Of a stretch of 64,000 bases of DNA, positions 18,979 to 29,275 are shown piece after piece. The notes under the pieces were generated by a model. The model saw nothing but the letters and a program-made list of their open reading frames with translations. It had not been told where the DNA came from and did not search any database. A program made the translations under genes and the position numbers. Numbering within the stretch: the first letter of the stretch is position 1; each line of letters starts with the position of its first letter. Source of the stretch: Patescibacteria group bacterium. Lineage in GTDB: Bacteria; Patescibacteriota; Patescibacteriia; Patescibacteriales; UBA12465. Location: the NCBI GenBank assembly GCA_038323715.1, contig JBBQHF010000001.1:45549-109548 (forward strand), given 5' to 3'.

Positions 18979-21472
18979 TAAAAATGCAAAAATAAATAAA
19001 GAGGCCTTAGAAAGGGAGAGACACTCTAGTTTTGTGGTTGATTTAAGACAAAAAGCTGGGGCGATTAAGGATGCTCAAAAATTAATAAACAAACCACAGT
19101 TTGCCTTGTCTTTTAATATACCTAAAAAATCAATTTTTGCCACTATAAAAAAAATATTTAGCAGACATAAAAAGGTGGGGCTTGAATTAGCTGTTCGTGA
19201 TTTGAAATTATTTTCAAAAAATAACAAAATTAATTTCCCTAAAATACATCTTAATTTTAAGTTCGGTTTCGGGAAGAAACAGAGCCTTTGGCAAAAGATA
19301 GTTTTAGATAAGCATAAGATTTTAAGTTCTAAATTTAAAATAGTCGGACGAGAACGTTTAGCGGTTGCCGAAAATACTGCTATTTGGTATAGATCAATTT
19401 TCTCATTCATGATTATGCTGGTATTAATTATAATGCCCATTAAATTATTATCTTATTTTGAGTTGTTGGATTTAAGTGGCCTGGAGGGCAAGGTAATGGA
19501 AAGATCAAAATCAGCTTTAAATAATTTAGTTTCGGCTGCCGATTCCGTTTCCGCGCTTGATTTTAAAGAAGCTGATGCCGAATTTTCTAAGGCTGGACAA
19601 GGATTTTTAGAGGCTCAAGATGACTTAAGTATTATTAGTGATTCTTTGCTTTTTCTAGCGTCTCTTTCTAATGATCCAAAAATGAAGCTAGCGGCTGAAA
19701 GTAAAAAGTTCTTAGCAGCCGGGGCGGTTAGTTCTTCGCTAGGAAAAAATTTAGTGCTCGCGACGGATAGTCTTTTTAATAGTAAGGAAATTGATTTTTT
19801 GGTAGCGCTTGAAAGTTTTTCTAAATATGGTCGTTTGGCAGTTGAAGATGCTAAGCAGCTAGATAAAATTGTTGCTGGCATTAATCCTGATAATTTGCCA
19901 GATGAGTATCGAGAAAAATTTTCTTTGTTATCTAGTCAATCTCATATCTTGAGCTCTAATTTGGAGAACTTTGTTGATGCGGCTGATAAAATGAAAGAAA
20001 TTTTAGGTCTCAGCCAGGATAAACGTTATTTATTAGTTTTTCAAAATAATTCAGAACTGAGAGCTTCCGGCGGATTCTTGGGTAGCTATGCTTTAGTTGA
20101 TTTAAGTGGTGGCAAAATTAAAAACTTAGAAGTACCTGGTGGCGGCTCTTATGATACCGAGGGAGCAATGTCGGTAAAAGTTAAAGCGCCTAAACCTTTA
20201 TGGTTAGTCAATCCGCTTTGGCATTTTTGGGATGCAAATTGGTGGCCAGATTGGACTAAGACCGCGCAAAATTTAATGTGGTTTTATGAGAAGAGTGATG
20301 GCCCCACGGTAGATGGGGTGATTAGTGTTACCCCAACGGTTGTAGAAAAACTTTTGGAAGTTACCGGCCCGATTGATTTAACTGAGGAATATGGGGTTGT
20401 TATTGATAGTGATAATTTTTGGGAAACAGTGCAAAAAATTACGGAACGTAAAAATTTGGAAAAGACTCACCCAGATGACGTTGCCAACTTAAAACAATCA
20501 AGCGAGGCAGTTCAGTCTTCTATTCCTTTAGAGCAGGGATTGGAAAATAATGTAGATAATAAGCCAAAGAAAATTATTGGAGATTTGATGACTAAGATTC
20601 TTGAGATTCTCCCTAAAAAACTTGATAGAAATAATCTTCTAAAAATTATTTCTGCTTTTGAAGATAGCCTAGCCGAAAAACAGGTGATGTTTTATTTTAC
20701 CGACCCTAAATTACAAGCTGAAGTTAGTCGTCGTAACTGGGCCGGAGAAATAAAAGACACTAGCCGTGATTACCTGATGGTTGTAAATACTAATATTGCC
20801 GGACAAAAAACTGATCGTAAAATTGAGGAAAAAATAGATCATCTTTCTCATGTTTATCCTGACGGCCACATCGTAAATACTTTAAAAATAACTCGCTCCC
20901 ATAATGGTATTAAGAATGAAGCCTTAACTGGGGTAAGAAATGTGGACTGGCTAAGGGTTTATGTTCCTGCCGGCAGTCGTCTTATTTCTGCTTCTGGGTT
21001 TAATGCTCCTGATGCAAAATATTTTGAAGAACCTGATGCCACCTGGGAAGATAGTAAATTTTTAGAAAATGAATCAAGGGCGACAGTAGATTCAAAAAGT
21101 GGATTGATGGTGTATTCAGAAAATAATAAAACTGTCTTTGCGGGCTGGGTAATGGTTGACCCTGGCCAAAGTGCTGACATCACAGTTGAGTACGAGTTGC
21201 CATTTAATTTTTTTGATAAAAATGAAAATAATGGTTTTTTAAACCGTTTAAATAAATTATTGAATCCAGAATCTGAAGATTTATGGCCATATTCGCTTTT
21301 AGTACAGAAACAGCCTGGGGCCGCCCCTAGTAGTTTCTATAGTCGCTTGGAGTCTCCAATAGGAATCAGTGCTTTTTGGAAACACCCTGATGATTTAAAT
21401 TGGCAGAGAGGTTGGGAAATATCGGATTATATAAATTCTGATAAATATTTTTCTGTTTTGTTAAAAAAATAA
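18971..21472 (+). CDS. DUF4012 domain membrane protein
   Basis: YLLVFQNNSELRASGGFLGSY, DANW.PD, DGVI, N..G.K, LRVYVP.GS, QKQPG. Confidence 0.88.
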   Translation: MINKNAKINKEALERERHSSFVVDLRQKAGAIKDAQKLINKPQFALSFNIPKKSIFATIKKIFSRHKKVGLELAVRDLKLFSKNNKINFPKIHLNFKFGFGKKQSLWQKIVLDKHKILSSKFKIVGRERLAVAENTAIWYRSIFSFMIMLVLIIMPIKLLSYFELLDLSGLEGKVMERSKSALNNLVSAADSVSALDFKEADAEFSKAGQGFLEAQDDLSIISDSLLFLASLSNDPKMKLAAESKKFLAAGAVSSSLGKNLVLATDSLFNSKEIDFLVALESFSKYGRLAVEDAKQLDKIVAGINPDNLPDEYREKFSLLSSQSHILSSNLENFVDAADKMKEILGLSQDKRYLLVFQNNSELRASGGFLGSYALVDLSGGKIKNLEVPGGGSYDTEGAMSVKVKAPKPLWLVNPLWHFWDANWWPDWTKTAQNLMWFYEKSDGPTVDGVISVTPTVVEKLLEVTGPIDLTEEYGVVIDSDNFWETVQKITERKNLEKTHPDDVANLKQSSEAVQSSIPLEQGLENNVDNKPKKIIGDLMTKILEILPKKLDRNNLLKIISAFEDSLAEKQVMFYFTDPKLQAEVSRRNWAGEIKDTSRDYLMVVNTNIAGQKTDRKIEEKIDHLSHVYPDGHIVNTLKITRSHNGIKNEALTGVRNVDWLRVYVPAGSRLISASGFNAPDAKYFEEPDATWEDSKFLENESRATVDSKSGLMVYSENNKTVFAGWVMVDPGQSADITVEYELPFNFFDKNENNGFLNRLNKLLNPESEDLWPYSLLVQKQPGAAPSSFYSRLESPIGISAFWKHPDDLNWQRGWEISDYINSDKYFSVLLKK

Positions 21473-21482
21473 ATTAAAATAT

Positions 21483-23489
21483 ATGTTAGCAGAAAAAAAA
21501 CTAAAAAATAAAATCAAAATAGACAGAGAGCCATCATCAGGGCTTTCTGCTTTTACCGAACGCCCGATACCAACAGAAACAGAGGTTGCCAGTTTTGAGC
21601 GTGTGGTCGAACGAGAAGTTAGGCATCAGGAAATTGATTCCAATCTTTCTGAAATTTATAAGGATAATAAGGGCGACTTAATAGATGTAAAAAAAATGAG
21701 TGTTAAAAAAAGACAAGCCTGGATAATTAGAGTTTTTAAAAGAATTATCATTTTAGGACTATTATCCCTTATCGCTTACTTTTGTTATTTTTATTTTTTT
21801 GTTCGTGGTAATGACATGAGTGGCTTGGAGTTTTTAATAGCGGCCCCGGAAAAAGTAGTCGCCGGAGAAGAATTTTCTTATGCCATAAATTACACAAATC
21901 CAACAAAATTTCCTTTGTCAAATTTGTATTTAGAATTAAAATATCCCGAAAATTTTATTTTCTTAAATTCTTCCGAATCCCCAACTAATGGTAACTATGG
22001 ATTTAATTTGGCTGATTTGCCATCAGGCGCGACCAGAACGGTCACGGTTACTGGGACGCTAGTTTCTCAGACTGACTCAGTTAATGTGGTTTCCGGAAGA
22101 TTGAGTTATATCCCAATCAACTTTTCTAGTGAGTTTAAAAAAGAAAGTTCAGATGCCACAATTATTGAGGGGTTCGGTTTTCAAGCAGCGGTGGAAGCGG
22201 CAAATTCCGCTTTCGTTAATCAGGACAACGAATTAGCCCTCTCGTTGTTCGATGTGCAAAATAATCAATTCGCAGATTTTAACTTAGAAATAGTTATGCC
22301 TGAGGGGGGCACTGTGAGTCTAGCTAAAGACAATAAGAATTTAAATGCTAGTTCTACTCTAGTCACTCCCATGCCGGATGATAATTTTATAGCCATTGAA
22401 GATGGCGCAAATAATTGGAAAATATCTGGATTAAGCTTGGGGAGTGGTCCCGAGAAATTAAATTTTATTTATCAGTTTAAAGAACAGCCAAGCTCTTCCG
22501 ATATTACTATTAAGCTCAGTAAGAAATTATTAGATGGTCAGAAGTATGTATTTTGGGAAAAAACAATTTCTCCGGAACTTGTTAAAAGTGACTTAAATTT
22601 AACTCTATTTTTAAATGGCTCCAAAAATAATGGTACGGCCAATTTTGGGGATACTTTAAATTATACTCTCGCCTATAGTAATAAAGGGGATAATACTTTT
22701 AAGGATGCCGTAATTATGGTGGTACTTAATGGCTTTTTCCTTGATTGGAACTCTTTTAAAGCTGACCAAGACGGAGAAGTAAAAACTGGTAAAATGATTG
22801 TTTGGACCAAGAATGATATTTCAGCATTATCAGGAATCAAGCCAGGCGACGCGGGAGAAATTAATTTTTCTATTAAGTTAAAAGATTATTTGGATAGTGA
22901 TTTCGGCAGTAGCATGCAAATAAATTCTTATTCCCAATATGGCGTTAATAACCAAGAATCGGGAGAAGGAAAAAATAGTAGTAATATTATAGAAACAAAA
23001 ATAAATAGCGATTTATATTTAAGCGAACAAATTAGATATTTTGATGATAATAATTTGCCGGTTGGCTCTGGCCCCTTGCCTCCAAAAGTTGGCGAAAAGA
23101 GTAGTTTTAAAGTCTTTTGGACAGTAAAAAATAATTTACATGAATTGCGTAATGCGGAAGTAATTTTAAACTTACCTAATGGCATCAATTGGGATGGCAA
23201 CTCTTCGGTGGGAGCCGGAACTATTTATTATGATGAAAGTAGGCGTTTAGTTATTTGGAATATCGGTCAGTTGCCGGTATCCATATATCAGACAGATGCT
23301 TCTTTTTCTGTTTCTGTTACGCCATCTGAATCCGATCGTGATAAAATTTTAATTTTATCTCCAGGCTCAACAATTAGTGCTTCAGATAACGAAACTCAGG
23401 CGGTAATCAGTCGCAAAACTGGTCCCAAAACAACTAAATTAGAAGATGATGATATTGCGAGTTTAAATAATTCGGGCAGGGTTGAATAG
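21483..23489 (+). CDS. Membrane-anchored Ig-like (DUF11-like) surface protein
   Basis: Single TM; repeated beta-rich modules (GEEFSY.INY.N, GDTLNYTL.Y.N); GPLPP.VG motif. Confidence 0.7.
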   Translation: MLAEKKLKNKIKIDREPSSGLSAFTERPIPTETEVASFERVVEREVRHQEIDSNLSEIYKDNKGDLIDVKKMSVKKRQAWIIRVFKRIIILGLLSLIAYFCYFYFFVRGNDMSGLEFLIAAPEKVVAGEEFSYAINYTNPTKFPLSNLYLELKYPENFIFLNSSESPTNGNYGFNLADLPSGATRTVTVTGTLVSQTDSVNVVSGRLSYIPINFSSEFKKESSDATIIEGFGFQAAVEAANSAFVNQDNELALSLFDVQNNQFADFNLEIVMPEGGTVSLAKDNKNLNASSTLVTPMPDDNFIAIEDGANNWKISGLSLGSGPEKLNFIYQFKEQPSSSDITIKLSKKLLDGQKYVFWEKTISPELVKSDLNLTLFLNGSKNNGTANFGDTLNYTLAYSNKGDNTFKDAVIMVVLNGFFLDWNSFKADQDGEVKTGKMIVWTKNDISALSGIKPGDAGEINFSIKLKDYLDSDFGSSMQINSYSQYGVNNQESGEGKNSSNIIETKINSDLYLSEQIRYFDDNNLPVGSGPLPPKVGEKSSFKVFWTVKNNLHELRNAEVILNLPNGINWDGNSSVGAGTIYYDESRRLVIWNIGQLPVSIYQTDASFSVSVTPSESDRDKILILSPGSTISASDNETQAVISRKTGPKTTKLEDDDIASLNNSGRVE

Positions 23490-23512
23490 AATAAATCAAT
23501 ACCAGAAATTAA

Positions 23513-24610
23513 ATGTTTAAAATAGTAAAAACTAAAAAAAATGGTTTACGCCAGGGGTTGTTGCATACCGCTCATGGAGTTTTATCGACGCCATTTTATA
23601 TGCCCGACGCAACTCGCGGTTTTGTAAAATTAACCAGTAATGACGAAATCATCAGAACGGGGACTAAGGCTCTGGTGGTAAATACCTTTCACTTATATCT
23701 TCAACCCGGTTTAAAAATTATTGAAAAAGCGGGGGGTATTCATAAATTCATGAATTGGAGCGGCCCATTATTATCTGACTCCGGTGGTTTTCAGGTCTTT
23801 TCGTTGATTCATAAAAATAGTCAGATGGGAAAAATAGGTGATGACAAGGTTATTTTTAAATCCCCAATTGATGGATCTAAACACGAGCTTACGCCAGAGA
23901 AATCAATTCAAATACAGTTTTTTCTCGGTGTCGATATGATGGTTTGTTTAGATGATTGTCCGCCTAATGAATTTGCGCGAGCTGATTTGGAAAAGGCTGT
24001 AGATAGAACTATTTCTTGGGCAAGAAGATGCAAAGTAGAATACGATAAACAATTAAAAAAAAGACGCCTCAAAGGTTTAAAGCGTCCGCTTTTATTTGCC
24101 GTTATTCAAGGTGGGGCGGAGATAGACTTAAGAGAACGTTGCGCTAAAGAACTAGTTAAAATAGGTTTTGATGGTTATGGTTTTGGCGCGCGACCAGTTG
24201 ATGAACAGGGAAATTTTTTGGAAGAAGTTTTAATTAAAACCGCAGAATTTATTCCCAAAGAATCTTTGCGTTTTGCTCTTGGTATTGGCACTCCGGAAGA
24301 TATCCAGCGTTGCGCCCTAATGGGCTGGGACATGTTTGATTGTGTTATTCCCACTAGAGAGGGCAGACATGGTAAGCTCTTTGTCAGCAAAACTGCTTCC
24401 AAATACGAAACTATTAATATTAATAATGCTAAATTTACCAATGATTTTAAGGCTATTAATAAAAATAGCGGTTTAAAGGAGCTCAAAATAAATTCTCGGG
24501 CCTATCTTCATCACCTGTTTAAATTACAAGAACCATTGGGGCATAAATTAGCCAGTTTAAATAATTTAGAATTTTATCAAAAAAATATTAAAAGCCTTGA
24601 TAAATTATAA
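23513..24610 (+). CDS. tgt: tRNA-guanine transglycosylase (divergent)
   Basis: NTFHL..PG, DSGGFQVFSL, IQGG, DMFDCVIPTR.GR, SRAYLHHL. Confidence 0.92.
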   Translation: MFKIVKTKKNGLRQGLLHTAHGVLSTPFYMPDATRGFVKLTSNDEIIRTGTKALVVNTFHLYLQPGLKIIEKAGGIHKFMNWSGPLLSDSGGFQVFSLIHKNSQMGKIGDDKVIFKSPIDGSKHELTPEKSIQIQFFLGVDMMVCLDDCPPNEFARADLEKAVDRTISWARRCKVEYDKQLKKRRLKGLKRPLLFAVIQGGAEIDLRERCAKELVKIGFDGYGFGARPVDEQGNFLEEVLIKTAEFIPKESLRFALGIGTPEDIQRCALMGWDMFDCVIPTREGRHGKLFVSKTASKYETININNAKFTNDFKAINKNSGLKELKINSRAYLHHLFKLQEPLGHKLASLNNLEFYQKNIKSLDKL

Positions 24611-24653
24611 TTTTTACTTTATACTATTCTGGTAATTAATAACTATTTTCGCT

Positions 24654-25682
24654 ATGCACACAAAAATAATAGCTACTATTGGGCCTAAAAGTGAGGCGCC
24701 TGATAAATTAGAGGAGCTCTTGAAGGCCGGGGTTGATATTATCCGTGTCAATTTTTCTCATGCTAATTATGATCAATATAAGAGAATCAGAAAATTTATT
24801 TTAGAATTTAATCAAGAAAATGATAGAAAGGTCGCTATGTTGCTAGACCTTCAAGGTCCAAGAATTAGAGTTGGCAAAATGCCAGACGGAGGAATAATTT
24901 TAGAAGACGGTGATATTTATGATTTTACTTTTTCTAAAGAAGCTTACAAAAAAGGCAATCTGATTCCAATTGATAACCCGGAATTACATCTTGATATAAA
25001 AAAGAGTCAGCCTTTGTTTTTGTGTAATGGAGAAATTGAACTTATAGTCTTGTCGGTTAAAAATAAAATTATTAGCGCTAAGGTGATTCATGGTGGGCTG
25101 TTAACTTCTAATAAAGGAATCAATGTCCCTGATACGAATATGCGTAAGGGAGGGTTAACTGCCAAGGATATTAAAGATTTAAAGTTTGGGCTTAAAGCGG
25201 GCATGGAATATGTTGGCCTTTCTTTTGTGCAAACTGCGGCCGACGTTTTAAAGCTTAGAAAACTTTTAGGTAAAAATACAACTGTTAAAATAGTTTCCAA
25301 GATTGAAAGAGGTATCGCTTTAAAGAATATTGATAAAATTATAGTTGTCTCGGATGTTATTATGATTGCTCGTGGTGATTTAGGGATTGAGACTCCAATT
25401 GAAGATTTACCCATAGTACAAAAGAATTTAATTCGCCACGCTCATTGGCACAAAACTCCGGCTATTATTGCTACTCAAGTAATGACCTCAATGATTAAAA
25501 ATCCTAGTCCCACCAGAGCAGAAATAAGCGATATTGCTAACGCCGTCTTAGATGGAGCCGATGTGGTGATGCTATCTGACGAAACAGCGGTTGGGGATCA
25601 TGCCTTAAGAGCAGTAAATATGCTGGTAAAAGTGATTGTGAGAACTGAAAACTTTATCAATAAATCTTGTATTAATTTTTAA
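24654..25682 (+). CDS. pyk: Pyruvate kinase lacking the C-terminal domain
   Basis: TKIIATIGP, RVNFSH, DLQGP, KIE, ARGDLG, ATQ, PTRAE, MLS.ETA.G; 342 aa. Confidence 0.95.
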   Translation: MHTKIIATIGPKSEAPDKLEELLKAGVDIIRVNFSHANYDQYKRIRKFILEFNQENDRKVAMLLDLQGPRIRVGKMPDGGIILEDGDIYDFTFSKEAYKKGNLIPIDNPELHLDIKKSQPLFLCNGEIELIVLSVKNKIISAKVIHGGLLTSNKGINVPDTNMRKGGLTAKDIKDLKFGLKAGMEYVGLSFVQTAADVLKLRKLLGKNTTVKIVSKIERGIALKNIDKIIVVSDVIMIARGDLGIETPIEDLPIVQKNLIRHAHWHKTPAIIATQVMTSMIKNPSPTRAEISDIANAVLDGADVVMLSDETAVGDHALRAVNMLVKVIVRTENFINKSCINF

Positions 25683-25692
25683 ATTATAGTTT

Positions 25693-26982
25693 ATGAAAAT
25701 AACACTAATTACTGCTAGACAAATTTTAGATTCCAGAGGTAATCCGACCATTGCTGCTAAAGTAGTTTTAGATAACGGCGCCACGGGAAGCGCTATGGTC
25801 CCTAGCGGGGCTTCTACCGGAAGTTACGAGGCGGTAGAGCTGCGTGATAATAATAAAGAATCTTATAACGGGCAAGGAGTTTTAACCGCTGTTAATAATG
25901 TAAAAGAAAAAATTGCTCCAGTTTTAATTGGGCTAAATCCAGAAAATCAAACTGAAATAGATAGATTAATGTTAGAGCTTGATGGCACCGAAAATAAATC
26001 TAATTTAGGCGCTAATGCTATATTAGCCGTGTCACTGGCAGTCGCTCGTGCGGCGGCTAACGGTTTGAACATTCCTTTGTATGAATATTTAACAAAGTTG
26101 AACCCTGATTTTTCTGGTAAATATTTTTTACCAATGCCGATGATGAATGTTTTAAACGGCGGCAAACACGCTGATTGGGCAACTGATATCCAAGAATACA
26201 TGATTCTACCTATTGGCGCTAAAACTATGAATGAGGCTGTTAGAATGTGCGCCGAAACATATCAAGCTTTGAAAAAAGTTTTAAAAATAAAGAAATATAG
26301 CATTTCTGTTGGTGACGAAGGCGGGTTCGCTCCAGCAGTTAAAAGTAATGAAGAGGCGTTTGAATTATTGACCGAAGCGGTAATCATGGCTGGTTATAAA
26401 TTAGGGGTTGATATTATTTTTGGTATTGACGCGGCGGCTACTGAATTTTATACTGATGGGAAATATAATTTAAATAAGGAAGGGAAGTCTTTAAATAGTT
26501 CTGAGTTGGCTAGTTTTTATATAGATTTAGCGGCCAAACATCCGATTTATTCTTTTGAGGACATTTTTGCCGAAGACGATTGGGATGGTTTCCAAAATTT
26601 TTTACAAGCCAATAAACAATTTCAGTTAGTTGGGGATGATTTATATGTTACTAATGTTAAACGTTTAGAAAAGGGGATTGATAATCATGCTTCTAATTCT
26701 ATTTTGATTAAACTAAATCAAATTGGGACCTTATCAGAAACAATTGCGACTATATTATTGGCGAGAAAAAATAATCTGACTGCTGTCATTTCTCATCGTA
26801 GTGGAGAAACAGAAGACACTTTTATCGCGGATCTGGCAGTCGCTATGGGTACAGGCCAAATAAAAACAGGTGCTCCAGCGCGTTCTGAGAGAACGGCTAA
26901 GTATAATCGTTTGATGGAAATAGAAGAGGAACTTGGTGATAAATCTAGTTTTTCTACTTTCCCTTTTTCTCCTATAAATTAA
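25693..26982 (+). CDS. eno: Enolase
   Basis: DSRGNPT, PSGASTG, GDEGGFAP, VGDDL, SHRSGETED. Confidence 0.98.
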   Translation: MKITLITARQILDSRGNPTIAAKVVLDNGATGSAMVPSGASTGSYEAVELRDNNKESYNGQGVLTAVNNVKEKIAPVLIGLNPENQTEIDRLMLELDGTENKSNLGANAILAVSLAVARAAANGLNIPLYEYLTKLNPDFSGKYFLPMPMMNVLNGGKHADWATDIQEYMILPIGAKTMNEAVRMCAETYQALKKVLKIKKYSISVGDEGGFAPAVKSNEEAFELLTEAVIMAGYKLGVDIIFGIDAAATEFYTDGKYNLNKEGKSLNSSELASFYIDLAAKHPIYSFEDIFAEDDWDGFQNFLQANKQFQLVGDDLYVTNVKRLEKGIDNHASNSILIKLNQIGTLSETIATILLARKNNLTAVISHRSGETEDTFIADLAVAMGTGQIKTGAPARSERTAKYNRLMEIEEELGDKSSFSTFPFSPIN

Positions 26983-27016
26983 ATTAATCAATCTTTTTTA
27001 AGGTGATTTTAATTAT

Positions 27017-28126
27017 ATGATGCAATTATTATTTTTTGCGGTTTCTGCCCTTGTTCTATTTTTAGGCCATGTGATAGCTTGGCTGGCGGCGGTAAAATTT
27101 TTTGGTTTAACAACTTTTAATTCAAAAATAATTGCTGCTTTGGTTATTTTGTTCTTTTTCATATCCGCTTTAGTTGCTTCCTATATGATACATCAATGGG
27201 ACAACGTCGCCACTCGCTGGTATTATATGTTAGCCGGTTTTTGGATTGGCGCTTTGCTAAATTTTGGGTTAATGGCACTTTTGGTTATTATAATAAAATT
27301 TATTGGAAGTTATGTTGGGTTCACCTTGGAGCCAAATATTATAAAAATAATTTTAATTTCGGGAACAATTTTAATATCGGCGCTAGGATTGTTTAATGCC
27401 TTTACCCCTAAAGTTAAAGAATACGAGATAAAAATTAAAGATTTGCCGGAATCTTGGTATGGAAAGTCTATCGTGCAAATTTCCGACGTTCATCTTGGTC
27501 CCGTTTATAGAAAAAATTTCTTTTATCGTGTTATGGCTAGGGTTAATAAATTAGAACCGGAGGCGGTGGTTATTACTGGCGATTTATTTGATGGCATGGA
27601 ATCTGATTTTTCTTGGATGAATACTCCATTTGCGAGGTTAAATGTAAAAAGGGGAATTTATTATTCTTTTGGTAACCATGACTTATATCTAGGCTTTGAC
27701 CGGGTAACTGATTTGTTAAAAAGTAATCCAGTAGAAATTTTGGATAATCGCTTAGTGATAGTTGACGGCCTACAAATTATTGGTATAAACTACTCTTTCA
27801 ATAAAGATTTTGATTTATACGAAGAAATTTTAAAACAATCGGGGTATGATGAAAGCAAGCCAAGTATTCTTTTGTATCATGAACCAAAAAATATTGAATT
27901 AGCAGAAAAAGCCGGAATTGACTTGCAGCTATCCGGGCACACACATAGGGGGCAATTATTTCCATTTGGCTTTCTGGCTAAATGGGCTTATAAGGGTTAT
28001 GGTTATGGTTTATTCCAAAAAGGTCCGTTTTCTTTAATTGTTAATAGTGGGTTGGGTACTTGGGGTCCTCCGATGCGCACCACCAGTCGTAGCGAGATAG
28101 TTAAAATTACTTTGCAACCGCTTTAA
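27017..28126 (+). CDS. Membrane metallophosphoesterase (YkuE/YaeI-like)
   Basis: Four N-terminal TMs; SDVHLG, TGDLFD, GNHD, LSGHTH.GQ. Confidence 0.9.
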   Translation: MMQLLFFAVSALVLFLGHVIAWLAAVKFFGLTTFNSKIIAALVILFFFISALVASYMIHQWDNVATRWYYMLAGFWIGALLNFGLMALLVIIIKFIGSYVGFTLEPNIIKIILISGTILISALGLFNAFTPKVKEYEIKIKDLPESWYGKSIVQISDVHLGPVYRKNFFYRVMARVNKLEPEAVVITGDLFDGMESDFSWMNTPFARLNVKRGIYYSFGNHDLYLGFDRVTDLLKSNPVEILDNRLVIVDGLQIIGINYSFNKDFDLYEEILKQSGYDESKPSILLYHEPKNIELAEKAGIDLQLSGHTHRGQLFPFGFLAKWAYKGYGYGLFQKGPFSLIVNSGLGTWGPPMRTTSRSEIVKITLQPL

Positions 28127-28152
28127 ATAATGTTTTATAATTTTTTATCAAG

Positions 28153-29226
28153 ATGAAACTCAATAATTTATCAAAAGTTTTAAAAGACCAACCTAAATAT
28201 CGTTACGTCCAGGTTAATAAATGCTTGTTTCAAGATTATATTTCAAATTGGGATGAGGCCTCTAGTTTGCCAAAGATATTAAGAGAGGAACTGGCGATAG
28301 CCTGTCCCTTAGAAATTAAGGCAAATATTTTTGAAGAGTCTGGTCGTAAATTAACTAAAAAAGCACTGATTGAATTAGAAGATGGCGAAACGGTAGAAAC
28401 TGTTTTAATACGTCAGAAAGTAGACAAAAAGGATTGGGAAGAAAAAGACACATTAGTAAAAGATGGTCGCGCCCACCGTAATACTATTTGTATTTCCAGC
28501 CAAATAGGTTGTGCTTTGGATTGTTCATTTTGTGCAACGGGGCAGGCCGGTTTTAAGCGAAATTTATTATCTGAAGAAATAGTTGAGCAGGTAGTATTTT
28601 GGCAGAGAGAATTAAAAAAAGAAAATATTCTTGAAAAGGTTGATAATATAGTTTTTATGGGTATGGGTGAGCCGTTTTTAAATTATTCAGAGTTTATTAA
28701 AGCGGCAAAATTTATTAATAATCCTGAGACTTTAAATATTGGGGCCCGTCGAATGTCGGTCTCCACCGCTGGTATTATAGAAGGTATAAAAAGATTTGCT
28801 GGTGAAAAATTGCAAATGAATTTGGCAGTTTCTTTGCACGCGGCGACTGATAATCTTCGCCGTAAGTTAATGCCAATTGCTAAAAAATATGAACTCAGTG
28901 ATTTGTTTAAATCGGTTGATGATTATATAAAAAAAACTGGTCGTCGCGTTATGTTTGAATACTTAATGATAAGGGGGGTTAATGATTCTCAGTCTGATGC
29001 CGAGGAACTATCAGTTATCATGAGAAAACCTCTTTACCTGTTGAATTTAATTCCTTACAACGAAACTGGACGTTTTCAAGCTTCTTCGCGTGAAACGATT
29101 GAAAATTTTAAGAAGACTTTAGAAAAAAATGGCATTCCGGTTACTATCAGGCTTAGTTTTGGTTCTGATATCTCTGCTGCTTGTGGACAATTAAAAAGAA
29201 AAGTAACCGGAAATAAGAAAATATAA
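28153..29226 (+). CDS. rlmN: Radical SAM rRNA/tRNA methyltransferase RlmN
   Basis: CISSQIGCALDCSFCATG, MGMGEP, SLHA, AACGQL. Confidence 0.95.
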   Translation: MKLNNLSKVLKDQPKYRYVQVNKCLFQDYISNWDEASSLPKILREELAIACPLEIKANIFEESGRKLTKKALIELEDGETVETVLIRQKVDKKDWEEKDTLVKDGRAHRNTICISSQIGCALDCSFCATGQAGFKRNLLSEEIVEQVVFWQRELKKENILEKVDNIVFMGMGEPFLNYSEFIKAAKFINNPETLNIGARRMSVSTAGIIEGIKRFAGEKLQMNLAVSLHAATDNLRRKLMPIAKKYELSDLFKSVDDYIKKTGRRVMFEYLMIRGVNDSQSDAEELSVIMRKPLYLLNLIPYNETGRFQASSRETIENFKKTLEKNGIPVTIRLSFGSDISAACGQLKRKVTGNKKI

Positions 29227-29241
29227 AAAATTAGATAATTT

Positions 29242-29268
29242 AAAACCCGGCTTGTTAGTCGGGTTTTT
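29242..29268. terminator. Bidirectional terminator between rlmN and orphan ORF
   Basis: AAAACCCGGC-TTGTTA-GTCGGGTTTTT. Confidence 0.75.
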
Positions 29269-29275
29269 GTTAGGG

